Origin: Malacoraja senta
Lineage: Eukaryota
Length of the DNA stretch: 64,000 bases
NCBI GenBank assembly: GCA_038087875.1
Contig: CM075990.1
Span: forward strand, 744,001 to 808,000
Reading direction: 5' to 3'
In this document: positions 12,524 through 24,190 of the stretch, piece after piece
Numbering within the stretch: position 1 is the stretch's first letter
How the letters are laid out: each line of letters starts with the position of its first letter
Made by a program: the position numbers and the translations under genes
Notes under the pieces: model-generated
The model's input: the letters and a program-made list of their open reading frames with translations, nothing else
Databases searched by the model: none
What the model was told of the DNA's origin: nothing

Positions 12524-13281
12524 CCGCTCCCACCCTCAATTATAGATCAACTGGTATCTTAGTTCTCCTTTTCTTTACTATGTTTATTTCAATTATTGTG
12601 TTTCCTGTGATTCCACACCGCTGCTTTGAAGAATGTCGCGCATGCGTGCTGGACGGGCTCTTCACGTAATCCCTCATTGTAACTCCTCATAAAATACAGA
12701 TCAAACTTCAAACTGGTAAGTTCTCGTTTAATCTTACTATTATTATGGGCAAGGAAATGGCAGAAGAGTTGAATAGGTACTTCGGAACTGTCTTCACTAA
12801 GGAAGACACAAACAATCTCCCAGATGTACTGGAGGACAGAGGATCTAAGGTGGTAGAGGAACTGAAAGAAATTTTAATTAGGCGAGAAATAGTATTGGCT
12901 AGGCTATTGGGACTGAAGGATGATAAATCCCCTGGGCCTGATGGTCTGCATCCCAGGGTCCTCAGGGAGGTGGCTCTAGAAATAGTGGATGCATTGGTGA
13001 TTATTTTCCAATGTTCAATAGATTCAGGATCAGTTCCTGTGGATTGGAGGATAGCTAATGTTATCCCACTTTTCAAGAAAGGAGCGAGAGAGAAAACGGG
13101 GAATTACAGACCAGTTAGCCTGACTTCGGTGGTGGGAAAGATGCTGGAGTCAATTATTAAAGAGGTAATAATGGGGCATTTGGATAGCAGTAAAAGGATT
13201 AGTCCAAGTCAACATGGATTTATGAAATGGAAATCATGCTTGACTGATCTTCTGGAATTTTTTGAGGATGTGACAAGTAAA

Positions 13282-13611
13282 GAACAAAGTGGCGAGTCCA
13301 GAACCAGGGGCCACAGTCTTAGAATAAAGGGGAAACCATTTAATACTGAGGTGAGAAAAAACATTTTCACCCAAAGAGTTGTGAATTTATGGAATTTCCT
13401 GCCACAGAGGGCAGTGGAGGCCAAATCACTGGATGGATTTAAGAGAGAGTTAGATAGAGCTCTAGGGGCTAATGGAGTCAAGGGATATGGGGAGAAGGCA
13501 GGCACGGGTTATTGATAAGGGACGATCAGCCATGATTACAATGAATGTCGGTGCTGGCTCGAAGGGCCTAATGGCCTCCTCCTGCAACTATTTTCTATGT
13601 TTCTATGTTTC
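13282..13611 (+). mobile_element. Short 5'-truncated CR1 3' end inserted into a CR1 of the same subfamily
   Basis: The host RT reads EDVTSK|MDEG across it. The insert has ESRTRGHSLRI...GTGY*, the 3' UTR and the tail. TAAA is present on both sides. Confidence 0.85.
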
Positions 13612-14820
13612 TAAAATGGATGAAGGAGTGCCAGTGGATGTAGTGTATCTATACTTTCAGAAAGCCTTTGATAAGTTCCCGCACGGGAGACTGGTGACTA
13701 AAGTTAGAGCACATGGTATTGGTGGTAGGGTGTTGACATGGATAGAAAATTGGTTGGCAGACCGGAAACAAAGAGTAGGAGTGAACGGGTCCTTTTCAGA
13801 ATGGCAGGCAGTGGCGAGTGGAGTGCCGCAAAGCTCGGTGTTGGGGCCGCAACTGTTTACCATATATATTAATGATTTGGAAGAGGGAATTAGGAGCAAC
13901 ACTAGCATGTTTGCGGATGACACAAAGCTGGGTGGCAGTGTGAACTGTGAAGAGGATGTTAGGATGTTGCAGGGTGACCTGGACAGGTTGAGTGAGTGGG
14001 CAGATGCGTGGCAGATGCAGTAAAATATAGATAAATGTGAGGTTATCCACTTTGGCAGCAAAAACAAGGGGGCAGATTATTATCTCAATGGGGTTAGGTT
14101 AGGTAAGGGGGAGGTGCAACGAGACCTGGGCGTCCTTGTACACCGGTTACTGAAAGTTGGCTTACAGGTACAGCAGGCAGTGAAGAAAGCTAATGGCATG
14201 TTGGCCTTCATAACAAGAGGATTTCAGTATAGGAGTAAAGAGGTTCTTCTGCAGTTGTATAGGGCTCTGGTGAGACCACATCTGGAGTATTGTGTACAGT
14301 TTTGGTCTCCTAATTTGAGGAAGGATATCCTTGTGATTGAGGCAGTGCAGCGTAGGTTCACGAGATTGATCCCTGGGATGGGGGGACTGTCATATGAGGA
14401 AAGATGGAAAAGACTAGGCTTGTATGGAGTTTAGGATGAGGGGGATCTTATAGAAACATATAAAATTATAAAAGGACTGGATGAGCTAGATGCAGGAAAA
14501 AATTTCCTAATGTTGGGCGAGTCCAGAACCAAGGGCCACAGCCTTAGAATAAAGGGGAGGTCATTTAAGACTGAGGTGAGAACAAATGTTTTCACCCAGA
14601 GAGTTGTGAATTTATGGAATTCCCTGCCAAGTCACTCGATGGATTTAAGAGAGAGTTGGATAGAGCTCTAGGGACTAGTGGAGTCAAGGGATATGGGGAG
14701 AAGGCAGGCACGGGTTATTGATAGGGGGCGATCAGGCATGATCACAATGAATGGCGGTGCTGGCTCGAAGGTCCGAATGGCCTCCTCCTGCACCTATTTT
14801 CTATGTTTCTATGTGTCTAT

Positions 14821-14950
14821 CCCGGAGAAATCCCACACAGGCCATGGGGAGAACGTACAAACTACGTACAGACAAGCACGCGTAGTCAGGTTTGAACCCA
14901 GGTCTCCGGCGCTGTAAGGCAGCAACTTTACCGCTGCGCCACCATGCCAC
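14821..14950 (-). mobile_element. HE1/V-SINE-like SINE 5' part
   Basis: Reverse complement GTGGCATGGTGGCGCAGCGGTAAAGTTGCTGCCTTACAGCGCCGGAGACCTGGGTTCAAACC shows tRNA-like A and B boxes followed by the core. Confidence 0.75.
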
Positions 14951-15039
14951 CCATAAAGTAAGGAGGAATGATAAGAATGGCAAGGGAAGAGAACCTTGGG
15001 ATGACCAAAGAGGTAGTAAATTTGGTCAAAAATAAAATG

Positions 15040-15350
15040 AAGTTTAGTTTAGTTTAGAAATACCACGTGGAAACAAGCACTTCTGCCCACCGGGTCCAGC
15101 GATCCCCGCATATTAACACTATCCTACACACACTAGGGACAATTTTTCCATTTACCAAGCCAATTTACCTATATACCTGTACGTCTTTCGAGTGTGGGAG
15201 GAAACCGAAGATCTCGGAGAAAACCCACGCAGGTCACGGGGAGAATATACAAACTCCGCGCAGACAGCGCCCGTAGTCTGGATCGAATCCGGGTCTCCGG
15301 CACTGCAAGCGCTCTAAGGCAACACCTCTACCACTGTGCCGCCGTGCTGC
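15040..15350 (-). mobile_element. Full-length HE1/V-SINE-like SINE
   Basis: tRNA-like head (GGCACAGTGGTAGAG...GGATTCGATCC), core and (CTAAA)n tail. Sits in a decayed CR1 remnant spanning about 14960-16480. Confidence 0.8.
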
Positions 15351-15569
15351 CTCTTATATTTAGTGTATGTAAGGTTCAGAAAGATTGTCAGATGCGGCCT
15401 TTGAGAATATATAGAATGAGCAGGGAAGAACTCTAGCAGGCAATTAGAAGGGTCAAAAGGGGCCAAAAAGTAATTGGCAAAATAGAGCAATATAAATCCC
15501 AAGGGTTTAATTGTGTACATTAAAAACAAGAGCGCAGCGCGGGAGAAGGTCAGACCAAAGAAGGATAAA

Positions 15570-16342
15570 AGGGCCTGTTCCACTTTGGCAACCTAATCCG
15601 TGAGTCCAGAAGAGTGCCTTCGACCTTCAAGCTCGAGGGCACTCCTGGAAAGCCTCGAGCTGGATCGACCGGCCACGTTGAAACCACAGGCTGGATCAAC
15701 TGAACTGGGACCGCACACACAAACACATCGCGAAGGTGGCGGCCAGGGAAAGCGGAGGAGCGCTGTCTGTGCGATGAAGAGGAAAGTAAACGGCTGCCAC
15801 AGAGTACCGTAAGTCCTTTAGAGAGCGCGGTGTGGGGGGGGGGGGAGAAGGGGAGAGAAGGAGAGAGAAGGAGAGAGGGGAGAGAAGGAGAGAGAAGGGG
15901 AGAGAAGGGAGACAAAAGGGGAGAGAAGGGGGAGAGAAGGGGGGACAAGGGGAGAGAAGGGGCGAGAAGGGGAGAGAAGGGGGGAGAAGGAGTGGAGACA
16001 CTTTTAGGAAGTTTAATAAAGTTTAGCGGAAACTCCAATAAACCAATCAAAATGGCCGGTCAGTGAAGGAGATAGCCTACGGCTGCCCTCGAGTGCTTGT
16101 AAGTAAATAGCGACCCCACTCCACTGCACTACGAGTAAAAAAGACCCATGCCGACCAAATTTTACTTGCGGAAAAATTTTCAATATCCTGAAATTTTTTC
16201 CGCGACCTCCCTCAAGCATGAAGGAGAGTTCCAGCCACCTCATACGACCTCCTAGGACCTCGTGTTGACCATGCTGCGAGTTTGAGTCCAGGGCAAACTC
16301 TTCTATACTAGCAGCTTAAGTCGCCCAAGTGGGACAGGCCCT
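15570..16342. mobile_element. Harbinger-type MITE with an internal (GGAGAGAAG)n purine-rich repeat
   Basis: AGGGCCTGTTCCACTT...AAGTGGGACAGGCCCT termini with TAA flanks. The host CR1 reads KKD|KGGNL across it. Confidence 0.85.
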
Positions 16343-16520
16343 TAAAGGAGGGAATTTATCATTGGAAACAGAGCATATAGGTGAAGTACTAAAAGAGTAT
16401 TTGGTATCGATATTCACCAAGGAGAAGGACATGGAGGATAGTGAGATCAGTGTGGGGAGGACTAATATGTTTGTACAATTTGTTCAGAATGCTGATAAGT
16501 GGTTGATGGTCGGTTTCAAT

Positions 16521-17318
16521 TGTAATTATGCTCCTACAGCTTACCCCCTTAGTCTAGTTCAGTAAAACACTGAGTCAAGCACTGGATCAACTAACTCTTT
16601 ATTCTCACTCACACAAAAGAACTTCCTATAGGATACCTAACCAACACCGCGGGTCCAATCCTTGTCTCTACTCGTCCAAGCCCTTCAGCCTCATGCGAAT
16701 AGACACCACCAGACAGTCAACACAGTCCCAAGTGCACGTCCAGAAGATCGACTCCGATCCATGTTGTGTCCCCTCTTTTATACTGTATCAGACCCGTGGC
16801 GTGAATATACATGGGGGGGGGGGGGGGCAACCCTGACAAGCTAATCACAAATAAAGATCATATAATACATTTATTAATAGTTCCCTAACCCAATCACAAA
16901 ATACCCCATTACATTGTTTCCCCAGAAGGTTCTAGTTGGAAGACAGTTCACCAAAGTAAAGAAACATTTCCCCAGATAGTATAAACAATTTGAACAAGGC
17001 TCCATACTTTGACCAATCACAAGATAACAGCACAAAGACTCTGCAACATAACTAGCAATACTTTACAACACCCCATTCTATAACCAATCCTAATCATGAA
17101 TTTGCAACCCAGATCAGCTCTTTCTGCAAAACCCTCATACACATTAACAATAGAGGGGACATCTGGACATCACCTTGTACTTAACTTCCTCCCTGGGTCC
17201 AGACACCCTGGAACCATGAGACTCATGGGTTTGCAGCTTTTCACAGAAAGAGAAAAAGCAGGCTTTGCAAATGCAGAGATTCCCCATTTTGTGACATATT
17301 TGTTTGGCCAATATTATA
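16521..17318 (-). repeat. ERV 3' LTR
   Basis: Direct repeat of 23531-24190. Ends ...TTACA on the minus strand. Minus-strand AATAAA at 16598-16603 and TATAAAA near 16776-16782. Preceded by the PPT. Confidence 0.9.
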
Positions 17319-17319
17319 A

Positions 17320-17332
17320 TTCCCCTCTTTTA
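17320..17332 (-). other. ERV polypurine tract
   Basis: Minus-strand AAAAGAGGGGAA immediately before the 3' LTR. Confidence 0.75.
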
Positions 17333-17599
17333 TCATACTATGATAACCAAAACATAACAATAACCTTATTCTAGCCAGATATCCTAACATGAAGATGCTG
17401 ATGTAATTTCTCAGAATTTCACCAAGCTTCCCGAGTTTTCATGGGTGTAGCTTCATGATTCCTATCTGATGAGTCTCCACCTCCCGAGTTTTCATGGGCG
17501 TGAATCCCCTCCATCCATCCTGTCAGGTGCATCTGTTTTTGACTCTTCAAAGAGTATGATGCTTTCTAAGAGAATCTTAAACAAAATAAGTTAGCACCC

Positions 17600-20500
17600 T
17601 ACTCTCCCACTGATACTCTTGCAGTGGTGGAGATGCATCCATGCATTTCTACCTTCTACCTTCACTGCTGTTGGAGTCATTAAGAGAACCTGCTAGGGTC
17701 CTTCCCAGCGAATCTCCAACCCTTTCTTTTCCCACTTCTTTATAAGGACATAGTCACCAGGCTCCACCTTAGTAGAAACGGTCAACAAAGGCAACTCACC
17801 ATACGCTGCTCTTACCCTACAATGTGATTCTCTAAAGAGTTTGAGTAGACGGTCATCTCCGTAGTCATATGATGGAAATTTATAACTTTCATCACATTCT
17901 GGTTCCAAGGTGTTCTTAGGGATCTACCATAAACAATTTCAGATGGGCTCAGTCTAAATTTCCCTGCAGGCGTGACTCGCATTTGAAATATAGCTATGGG
18001 GAGTAATTTAATCCAAACAATTTCCGGTCTCTGCCTTTAATTTAGCTAATTTAGTTTTCAGGGTATGATTTTACCTTTCTACAAGTCCAGCAGCCTGTGG
18101 TCGATAAGCACAGTGTAACTGCTGCTGGATGCCCAGCTGTTCACAAAACTCTTTATTAACTTGCCCAATAAAATGTGGACCATTGTCTGAACTAAGTCGA
18201 ATGGGGGTGCCAAATCTAGGGACAATTTCTTTAATTAACACCTTGACAACAGTAGCTGCTTTATTATCAAGCTTCGATCCACCTGCTGAATACATCGACT
18301 ATGACAAGTACATATCTGTATCCCTGGCACCTTTCTAACTCGATGTAATCCATTTGTAATGTCTCAAAAGGACCCATGGGCAACAGTGTCTTTCCATCTC
18401 CACAACCTATTTCTTTTCCAGGATTGTATTTCTGGCAACCAGGCAACTACTACTTACTTTTTGAGCTAATGTTTGTAACCTTGGATGCCACCAAGTAGCC
18501 AAAAGAGTGTCTCCTACTGCTTTTGCACCGCAATGAGTTGCATAGTGCATGCACTCTATAACCCATACTGCCAGAGAATCTGTCATGCAAGTTTGCCCTG
18601 CCGGAGTGGTCCATAATCCTGTCATACAATCCAAGTTGCCTCCATCATTCTTTATCCCTTTCAGTAGCCTCCTCCTGCAACTGAACAATCTCTTGGATGG
18701 TTGGCATCGGCTTCTCCGAGGGGGACCTGTTACTTAAACTTTTAGTCTGCCTCATCTTTGGTACCACCATCTTACGTTCCCGGGATACTTCTTTTGCTGC
18801 CTGATCGGCACTATGATTTCCAATGTCTGTTGGGGTCTGTCCTCTTGTGTGTGCACTACATTTCATGACTGAAATTTGTCTGGGTAGCATCAGGGCCTTT
18901 AATAAATCCATCACCAATTGTTTGTTTGATATTTGAGTCCCCGCTGAGGTAAGAAATCCTCTAGTTCTCCATAATTGTCCGAAATCATGCACTACTCCAA
19001 ATGCATGTCTAGAATCTGTATATATGTTTACCCTTAAATTTTTCCCCATAATGCAAACCCTAATTGAAGCAAATAATTCAGCCTGTTGTGCTAAATAAGG
19101 TAAATCAAAGGCAGCTGCTTCTACATTTTCCCCAATTATATGATTAATAATTGCATACCCAGACAATTTCTCACCCCAGGGTCCAATGGATGCACTCCCA
19201 TCTACATACAATGTCATGTCAGGGTCCTCTATAGGTGTGTCTCTCAAGTCCTCCCTCACAGATGTCTCCTCCTCAAATATAAACAAACAGTCATGTCCCG
19301 CCTCTGACTCTAACAAGAAAAGATGCCGGATTAATTGTTGTACAATGCCTTAAACTGAAACTTCGGGTTATTTAATAAGTAGATTTCATATTTGTTCATA
19401 TTTGTTCTGACGAGCGATTGTTAGGTGCTGAGTCTGGAGTTGCCCGAACTATATACTACTATCTCCTGCTGTAGGGTCAAATTTGCAGCAGACTAAACTA
19501 TTATAAATGGTGGTCAGAATTTGGGTGCATTATGGGTGTCCCCTTGCTACTGAAGGTGGCGCTGTCCTGAACGGCTGCCAGTCCTGCGGCTGTCCGTTTT
19601 TTCCACTTCTTTTTTATTATTTTTAGTATGTTAAATTGTGTAGTGGGGGGTCCAATCTTTTTATGTGTGGGGGGTGCTGGGGGGGAAGGGGGTAACTGCT
19701 TTTTCAAGTCCCTGCCTGGTCGGAGAGGCTGCTTTCCTCCGAGCAGCATCTTCGACCCGTCCTCGCGGCTTTACCAGCGGGGCCTGGAGCGGCGTTTCCT
19801 GAGGGGACCTGGCCAGAACCTCGGCTTCGGTGGCAGCACAGCGCTGGAGCGCTATCGCGGAGTGGGCGATGCCTTGTCTGGGTCACCACGCTGGAACTCC
19901 GGTATGCTGGGACCGCCGATAAAAACATCGCGGAGCCGCGGGGTTGTGGAGCGGCCAGCGGCGGGCTGCAGCGCTGACTTTAACATCGCGGAGCCTGGGA
20001 TCTCTCGCCGAGATCGCCAGTATGTGGAGTGGCCAGCTGCGGGCGGCAGCGCTGACTTTAACATCGCGGAGCCTGGGATCTCTCGCCGAGATCGCCAGTA
20101 TGTGGAGCTCCGTCCAGCTAAAACCACACTACTCCTCAATCAGGCACCTCCAGCGCGGCCTGTTGGCTTGGAAGCCGCGGTCTCCGGTAAGGAGGCGGCC
20201 GTTCCTGGCACCCCTAGCCGCTGAGAGGGTTCTCCCGACGCCGGAGTACCATCACCCGGCGAGAACGGCCAGGAACATCGAGCCTCCGTAGCGGCGACTG
20301 TGGAGGCCTCAATAGGCCCGACTATGGGTGGACATGGGGATGGGGGCTGGACTTTGTGCCTTCCCCCACAGTGGGAACCATTGTGGGGGGGTGTTATTAT
20401 GTTTTAATGTTAAACTTCTTTAATGCTATGTTGTATTTTTATTAGTGTGCTGCAAGGACATCTGAATTTCCCCTGAATAAGGGGATTAATAAAGTATTTA

Positions 20501-21710
20501 TCATATCATATCATATCATATACTGGGTCAAGTTTGGATGAATAATAGGCCACTGGTTTATGCCTATCCCCATGTTTTTGAGTAAGGACTGCCGTCGAAC
20601 ATTCAGAGAGAATAGTGCAATAAAGTTGGAAAGGTCTGTCATAAAGTGGTCTTCCCAATGCTGGGGCCTGCATCAGCGATTTCTTCAGGTTCTCAAAAGC
20701 CTTTGGGCTTCCTTAGTTAGTTAAAATTCACACTCTTTACTTGTATAGGGTGTCAGCTCTTTCGTTTCTAAAGCTATGTTAGGGATCCAAGGTCTACAGT
20801 AATTGACCATACCAAGCCATTGCCTCATTTCTTTTGCTTCTTTAGGAATCGGGAATTCACAAATTGGTTTGAGTCTGCTTTTTTCTAGACTCCTTTCTGT
20901 TGCTGAAATTATGACTCCTAAAAATTTCACTTTCTCCTGGGCCATCAGTACTTTTGACTGGGAGACCACATATCCCAAATTTGCTAAATGATTAAGTAAT
21001 TGGGCAGTATCTTCACGGTTGCTTGGTTCATCTCTGCTGGCCACTAATAAGTCATCGACGTACTGCACTAAGGTAGATCTTCTCCTAAAATTAAAAATAC
21101 TAAATTGTTCCCGTAGACATCGGGAAAATAAAGTAGGCGAATTGGTGAATCCCTGAGGCAATCTGGTCCAGGTGTATTGCTGGCCCCTATATGTGAAAGC
21201 AAACAAATATTGGCTGTTCTTATGGAGAGGCAAGGAGAAGAATGCATGTTGCAGGTTGACTATTGAGGAGATTCTTGCTTCAGCTGGGATTAGAGCTAAG
21301 ATGTGAGCAGGGTTTGGCACTAGAGCTTGGAGTGGTTCTACACCTGAGTTAATCGATCTTAGGTCTTGGACCAATCTGTACTGGCCCTCCTTCCCTGGTT
21401 TCGGAACTGCAAGGATTGGTGTGTTGCAAATGGACTGGCATTTTACTAAGATGTCTTGTTCCAGAAATCCCCGAATTAATTTGTCTATGCTGTTAATGGC
21501 CTGTGGTTTCAATGGATACTGCTGTATCGAAGGCAGTGTTACCCCTTTCTGGAGAGCTACTTGGATGGGATCAATGCGAACACATCCTACTCTCGGGATC
21601 CTCTATTGTATCTCGATCGACCTGATTTCCCATTGTTGCCAACAATGGACACAATCTCTCAACGATTCACACAATATCCCAACAATTCACACTCCACTCG
21701 CAATCTTCTA
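17600..21710 (-). pseudogene. pol: ERV pol (RT, RNase H, integrase), disrupted
   Basis: ORFs 20721..21512, 18645..19316, 18407..18688, 18071..18295 and 17693..17908 carry retroviral motifs. Interrupted at about 19503-20520. Confidence 0.9.
19503..20520 (+). mobile_element. GC-rich non-autonomous retroposed element inserted in ERV pol
   Basis: Abrupt rise in GC and CpG. Ends AATTTCCCCTG..AAGGGGATTAATAAAG followed by (ATCAT)n. Internal tandem duplication of about 78 bp. Left boundary approximate. Confidence 0.65.
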
Positions 21711-23511
21711 GACTTATCAAACTCGCTCCCAAACAATGGCCAAATGTTCCGCGGTGCATCAGCAGGTCTCTCACTTACTCAAAACACAATCACACAATCA
21801 AAATCTCCTTTAAAACCTGGGTACCCAAAAATTCCTTCACAGTCTCACACAAGCTTTCAACCCTGTAAACAATTTCAAGTAACAATCCTTGGTCGACAAA
21901 CAAGTTAAGGTGCTTCAACAAAACAATAAAACACACTTCAGCGGCAAATCTCCAACACTCGAAACACCTTAATCTATACACAGACAAATGACTCGTAAGA
22001 CGCAAGCAAGATTGTACTTAGACAAGAAATTATACCACTTATTACTATCATGCAAAAACACACTCCAATATAAAGCACAAGCATTTGTCTAATATCGCAT
22101 TTGTTAACTGTACAGTCCGAAAAACAAATCATAGTATATTTTGAACTCATATCGTGCTGTTTTCAACCAATGGAACCCCTCCCTTGGATAAAGGAGACTT
22201 TCTCATAGTACTTGTTCACTGAGTGGTACGTTCCCTTCAAGATACTCTTTTCTAACAGGTTCTTTCTCCTCTTCTAAGTTTATATACTTAGTGGTACACT
22301 TCTCATCAAGATACTCTTTTCTAACAGGTACTATTTCCTCTACCACAGTTACTTTTTCCACTAAAAGGTACTAATCAATGGATCCAACCCTTGATTGAAC
22401 AGCCACGATTCAGACTCCAATTATAACAGTAGTCTTAATCACACTATATCAATATACAGTCACGATTGGAACCACGATTACAACAGTGTATCTAACACTT
22501 TAAATCAACGGCAAGATACAGTAAATACAATAAAGCAATGGCAAAATTTTAAACACTTTAAACTGTAAATCAACAAAACCTTAACAATTCCAACAATATA
22601 TTTTTATTACACACACGTTAACCAACGATCTAATATATACACTTTTATTAATGTACAATAGCCACTGCCCTCAATACGAAAGCCCGGAATAGACCAATAA
22701 AGGATTTCTATGCAATAACCAGTCCTTCAAAAGCCCGAATTTGGTAGAATTTGAATTGAAGAATTTAGACCTTTACTTTATTTATTACTGTACCCCACTA
22801 TTTTAGCTCCCTTTCCACTAATTTGAGTAATTATAATAGGCGCGTCTTTCAATTTCAATCAATCCTCAGTGTTGCCCCCGAGTATTTTCTTCAGCCAATT
22901 ATACTCCAACACTGGGTTCCCAGTACCGTTACCTCATCTTATCCAAAGTTCTAGTACTATTCACACAGGCGGGGCCTTCAACCCCCTAGGCTCCTTCCTT
23001 CCAACCTGCTGTACTGGGCTACAGCATGTGTCCACTTCTCGCTGGCGTTCGATGCCGATCTTTAAAGTGCCTTTCCAATTGCACCCTCAGCAACGATACA
23101 GTACTTCTCCTCTTTGTGCTGTTCCCCACGCAGCCCTGTCCCTTAAGATATCCCAGTCTGAGCGGGGCCTCCAACCCCTTAAATCTCTCTTTGATGTCAC
23201 GCCAACTCAATGGTACCTGACCGCAACCGCTGTTGACTAACTAGGTGTGGGGTCTCGAACCTTGTGAGCCTAACTCCCATCACACCCTTAGGCAAGGACT
23301 CTCTATCTCTCCTTACCCTCAGTGCTTGCTAGACTACTGTTCTTGGATCTCCTTGGGAACCGCAACACAAGCGTGTGAATGATCGATTCGTCCCGATCAG
23401 CGAAGTGGGGAAAACCGATGCGAAAACTGCACCGTGGCGCCAATTTCACCCCTTGCAATCTGGAACGACTCAACTCCCTGATCGCAAACTTCTGTCTGGG
23501 GCTCCGTTGAG

Positions 23512-23529
23512 ATCCTGGATGAGCCCCCA
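23512..23529 (-). other. ERV primer-binding site, tRNA-Pro
   Basis: Minus-strand TGGGGGCTCATCCAGGAT versus canonical tRNA-Pro PBS TGGGGGCTCGTCCGGGAT (two CpG-type changes). Lies 1 nt from the LTR end. Confidence 0.9.
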
Positions 23530-23530
23530 T

Positions 23531-24190
23531 TGTAATTATGCTCCTACAGCTTACCCCCTTAGTCTAGTTCAGTAAAACACTGAGTTAAGCAATGGATTAA
23601 CTAACTCTTTATTCTCACTCACACAAACAAACTTCCTATATGATACCTAACCAACACCGCGGGTCCGATCCTTGTCTCTACTCGTCCAAGCCCTTCAGCC
23701 TCATGCGAATAGACACCTCCAGACAGTCAACACAGTCCCAAGTGTACTTCCAGAAGATCGACTCCGATCCATGTGGTGTCCCCTCTTTTATACTGTATTG
23801 GATCCGTGGCGTGAAAATACAAGGGGGGGGGGGGGGGGACCCTACAAGCTAATCACAAATAAATATCATATAATACATTTATTGACAGTTCCCTAACCCA
23901 ATCATAAAATACCCCCATTACATTGTTTCCACAGAAGGTTCCAGTTGGAAGACAGTTGACCAAAGTAAAGAAACATTTCACCAGGTAGTATAAACAATTT
24001 GAACAAGGCTCCATACTTTAATCAATCACAAGATAACAGCACAAAGACTCTGCAACATAATTAACAATACTTTACAACACCCCATTCTATAACCAATCCT
24101 AATCATGCATTTGCAACCCAGATCAGCTCTTTCCGGAAAACCATTATACACATTAACAATAGAGGGGACATCTGGACATCATCTTGGAAC
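23531..24190 (-). repeat. ERV 5' LTR, U3 end truncated by the adjacent CR1
   Basis: Matches 16521 to about 17178, then switches directly to CR1 ORF1 sequence (LEQQLDDLR). Confidence 0.9.

Larger units (their letters stand above)
8065..12741 (+). mobile_element. DIRS-type tyrosine-recombinase retrotransposon with both termini and ICR; ORFs decayed
   Basis: Left terminus TTACTTCGGAGTCACGTGAGTGACTACGTGAAG. Right terminus partly inverted (GCATGCGTGCTGGACGGGCTCTTCACGTA). ICR at 12447-12523. Gag-like, RT/RNase H, methyltransferase and YR remnants lie in DIRS order. Confidence 0.95.
6760..14820 (+). mobile_element. CR1 LINE (APE and RT), split by a DIRS element and by a short CR1 3'-end insertion
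   Basis: NARSI, GVTETWL, YRPPNS, GDFN and SDHN at 6970-7580. The reading DTGEI|IMGKEMAEELN is continuous across the DIRS. RT motifs at 12745-14430. (CTATGTTT)n tail at about 14800-14820. Confidence 0.93.
16521..24190 (-). mobile_element. Class I (gamma/epsilon-like) endogenous retrovirus with pol only; gag, pro and env not recognisable
   Basis: Two LTR copies, tRNA-Pro PBS and PPT. RT (YRLVQDLR, YTWTRLPQGF, QYVDDLL), RNase H (LYVDGS, AQQAEL, IYTDS) and integrase (SDNGPHF, YRPQAAGLVER, RWEGP). Confidence 0.93.

Noticed and set aside
15550..16066. Pro/Ser/Leu-rich and Gly/Glu/Arg-rich ORFs
   Set aside because: Translations of the GGAGAGAAG low-complexity tract inside a MITE.
19628..20291. 198-aa and overlapping GC-rich ORFs
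   Set aside because: No recognisable domain. Open frames are explained by high GC and a tandem duplication.
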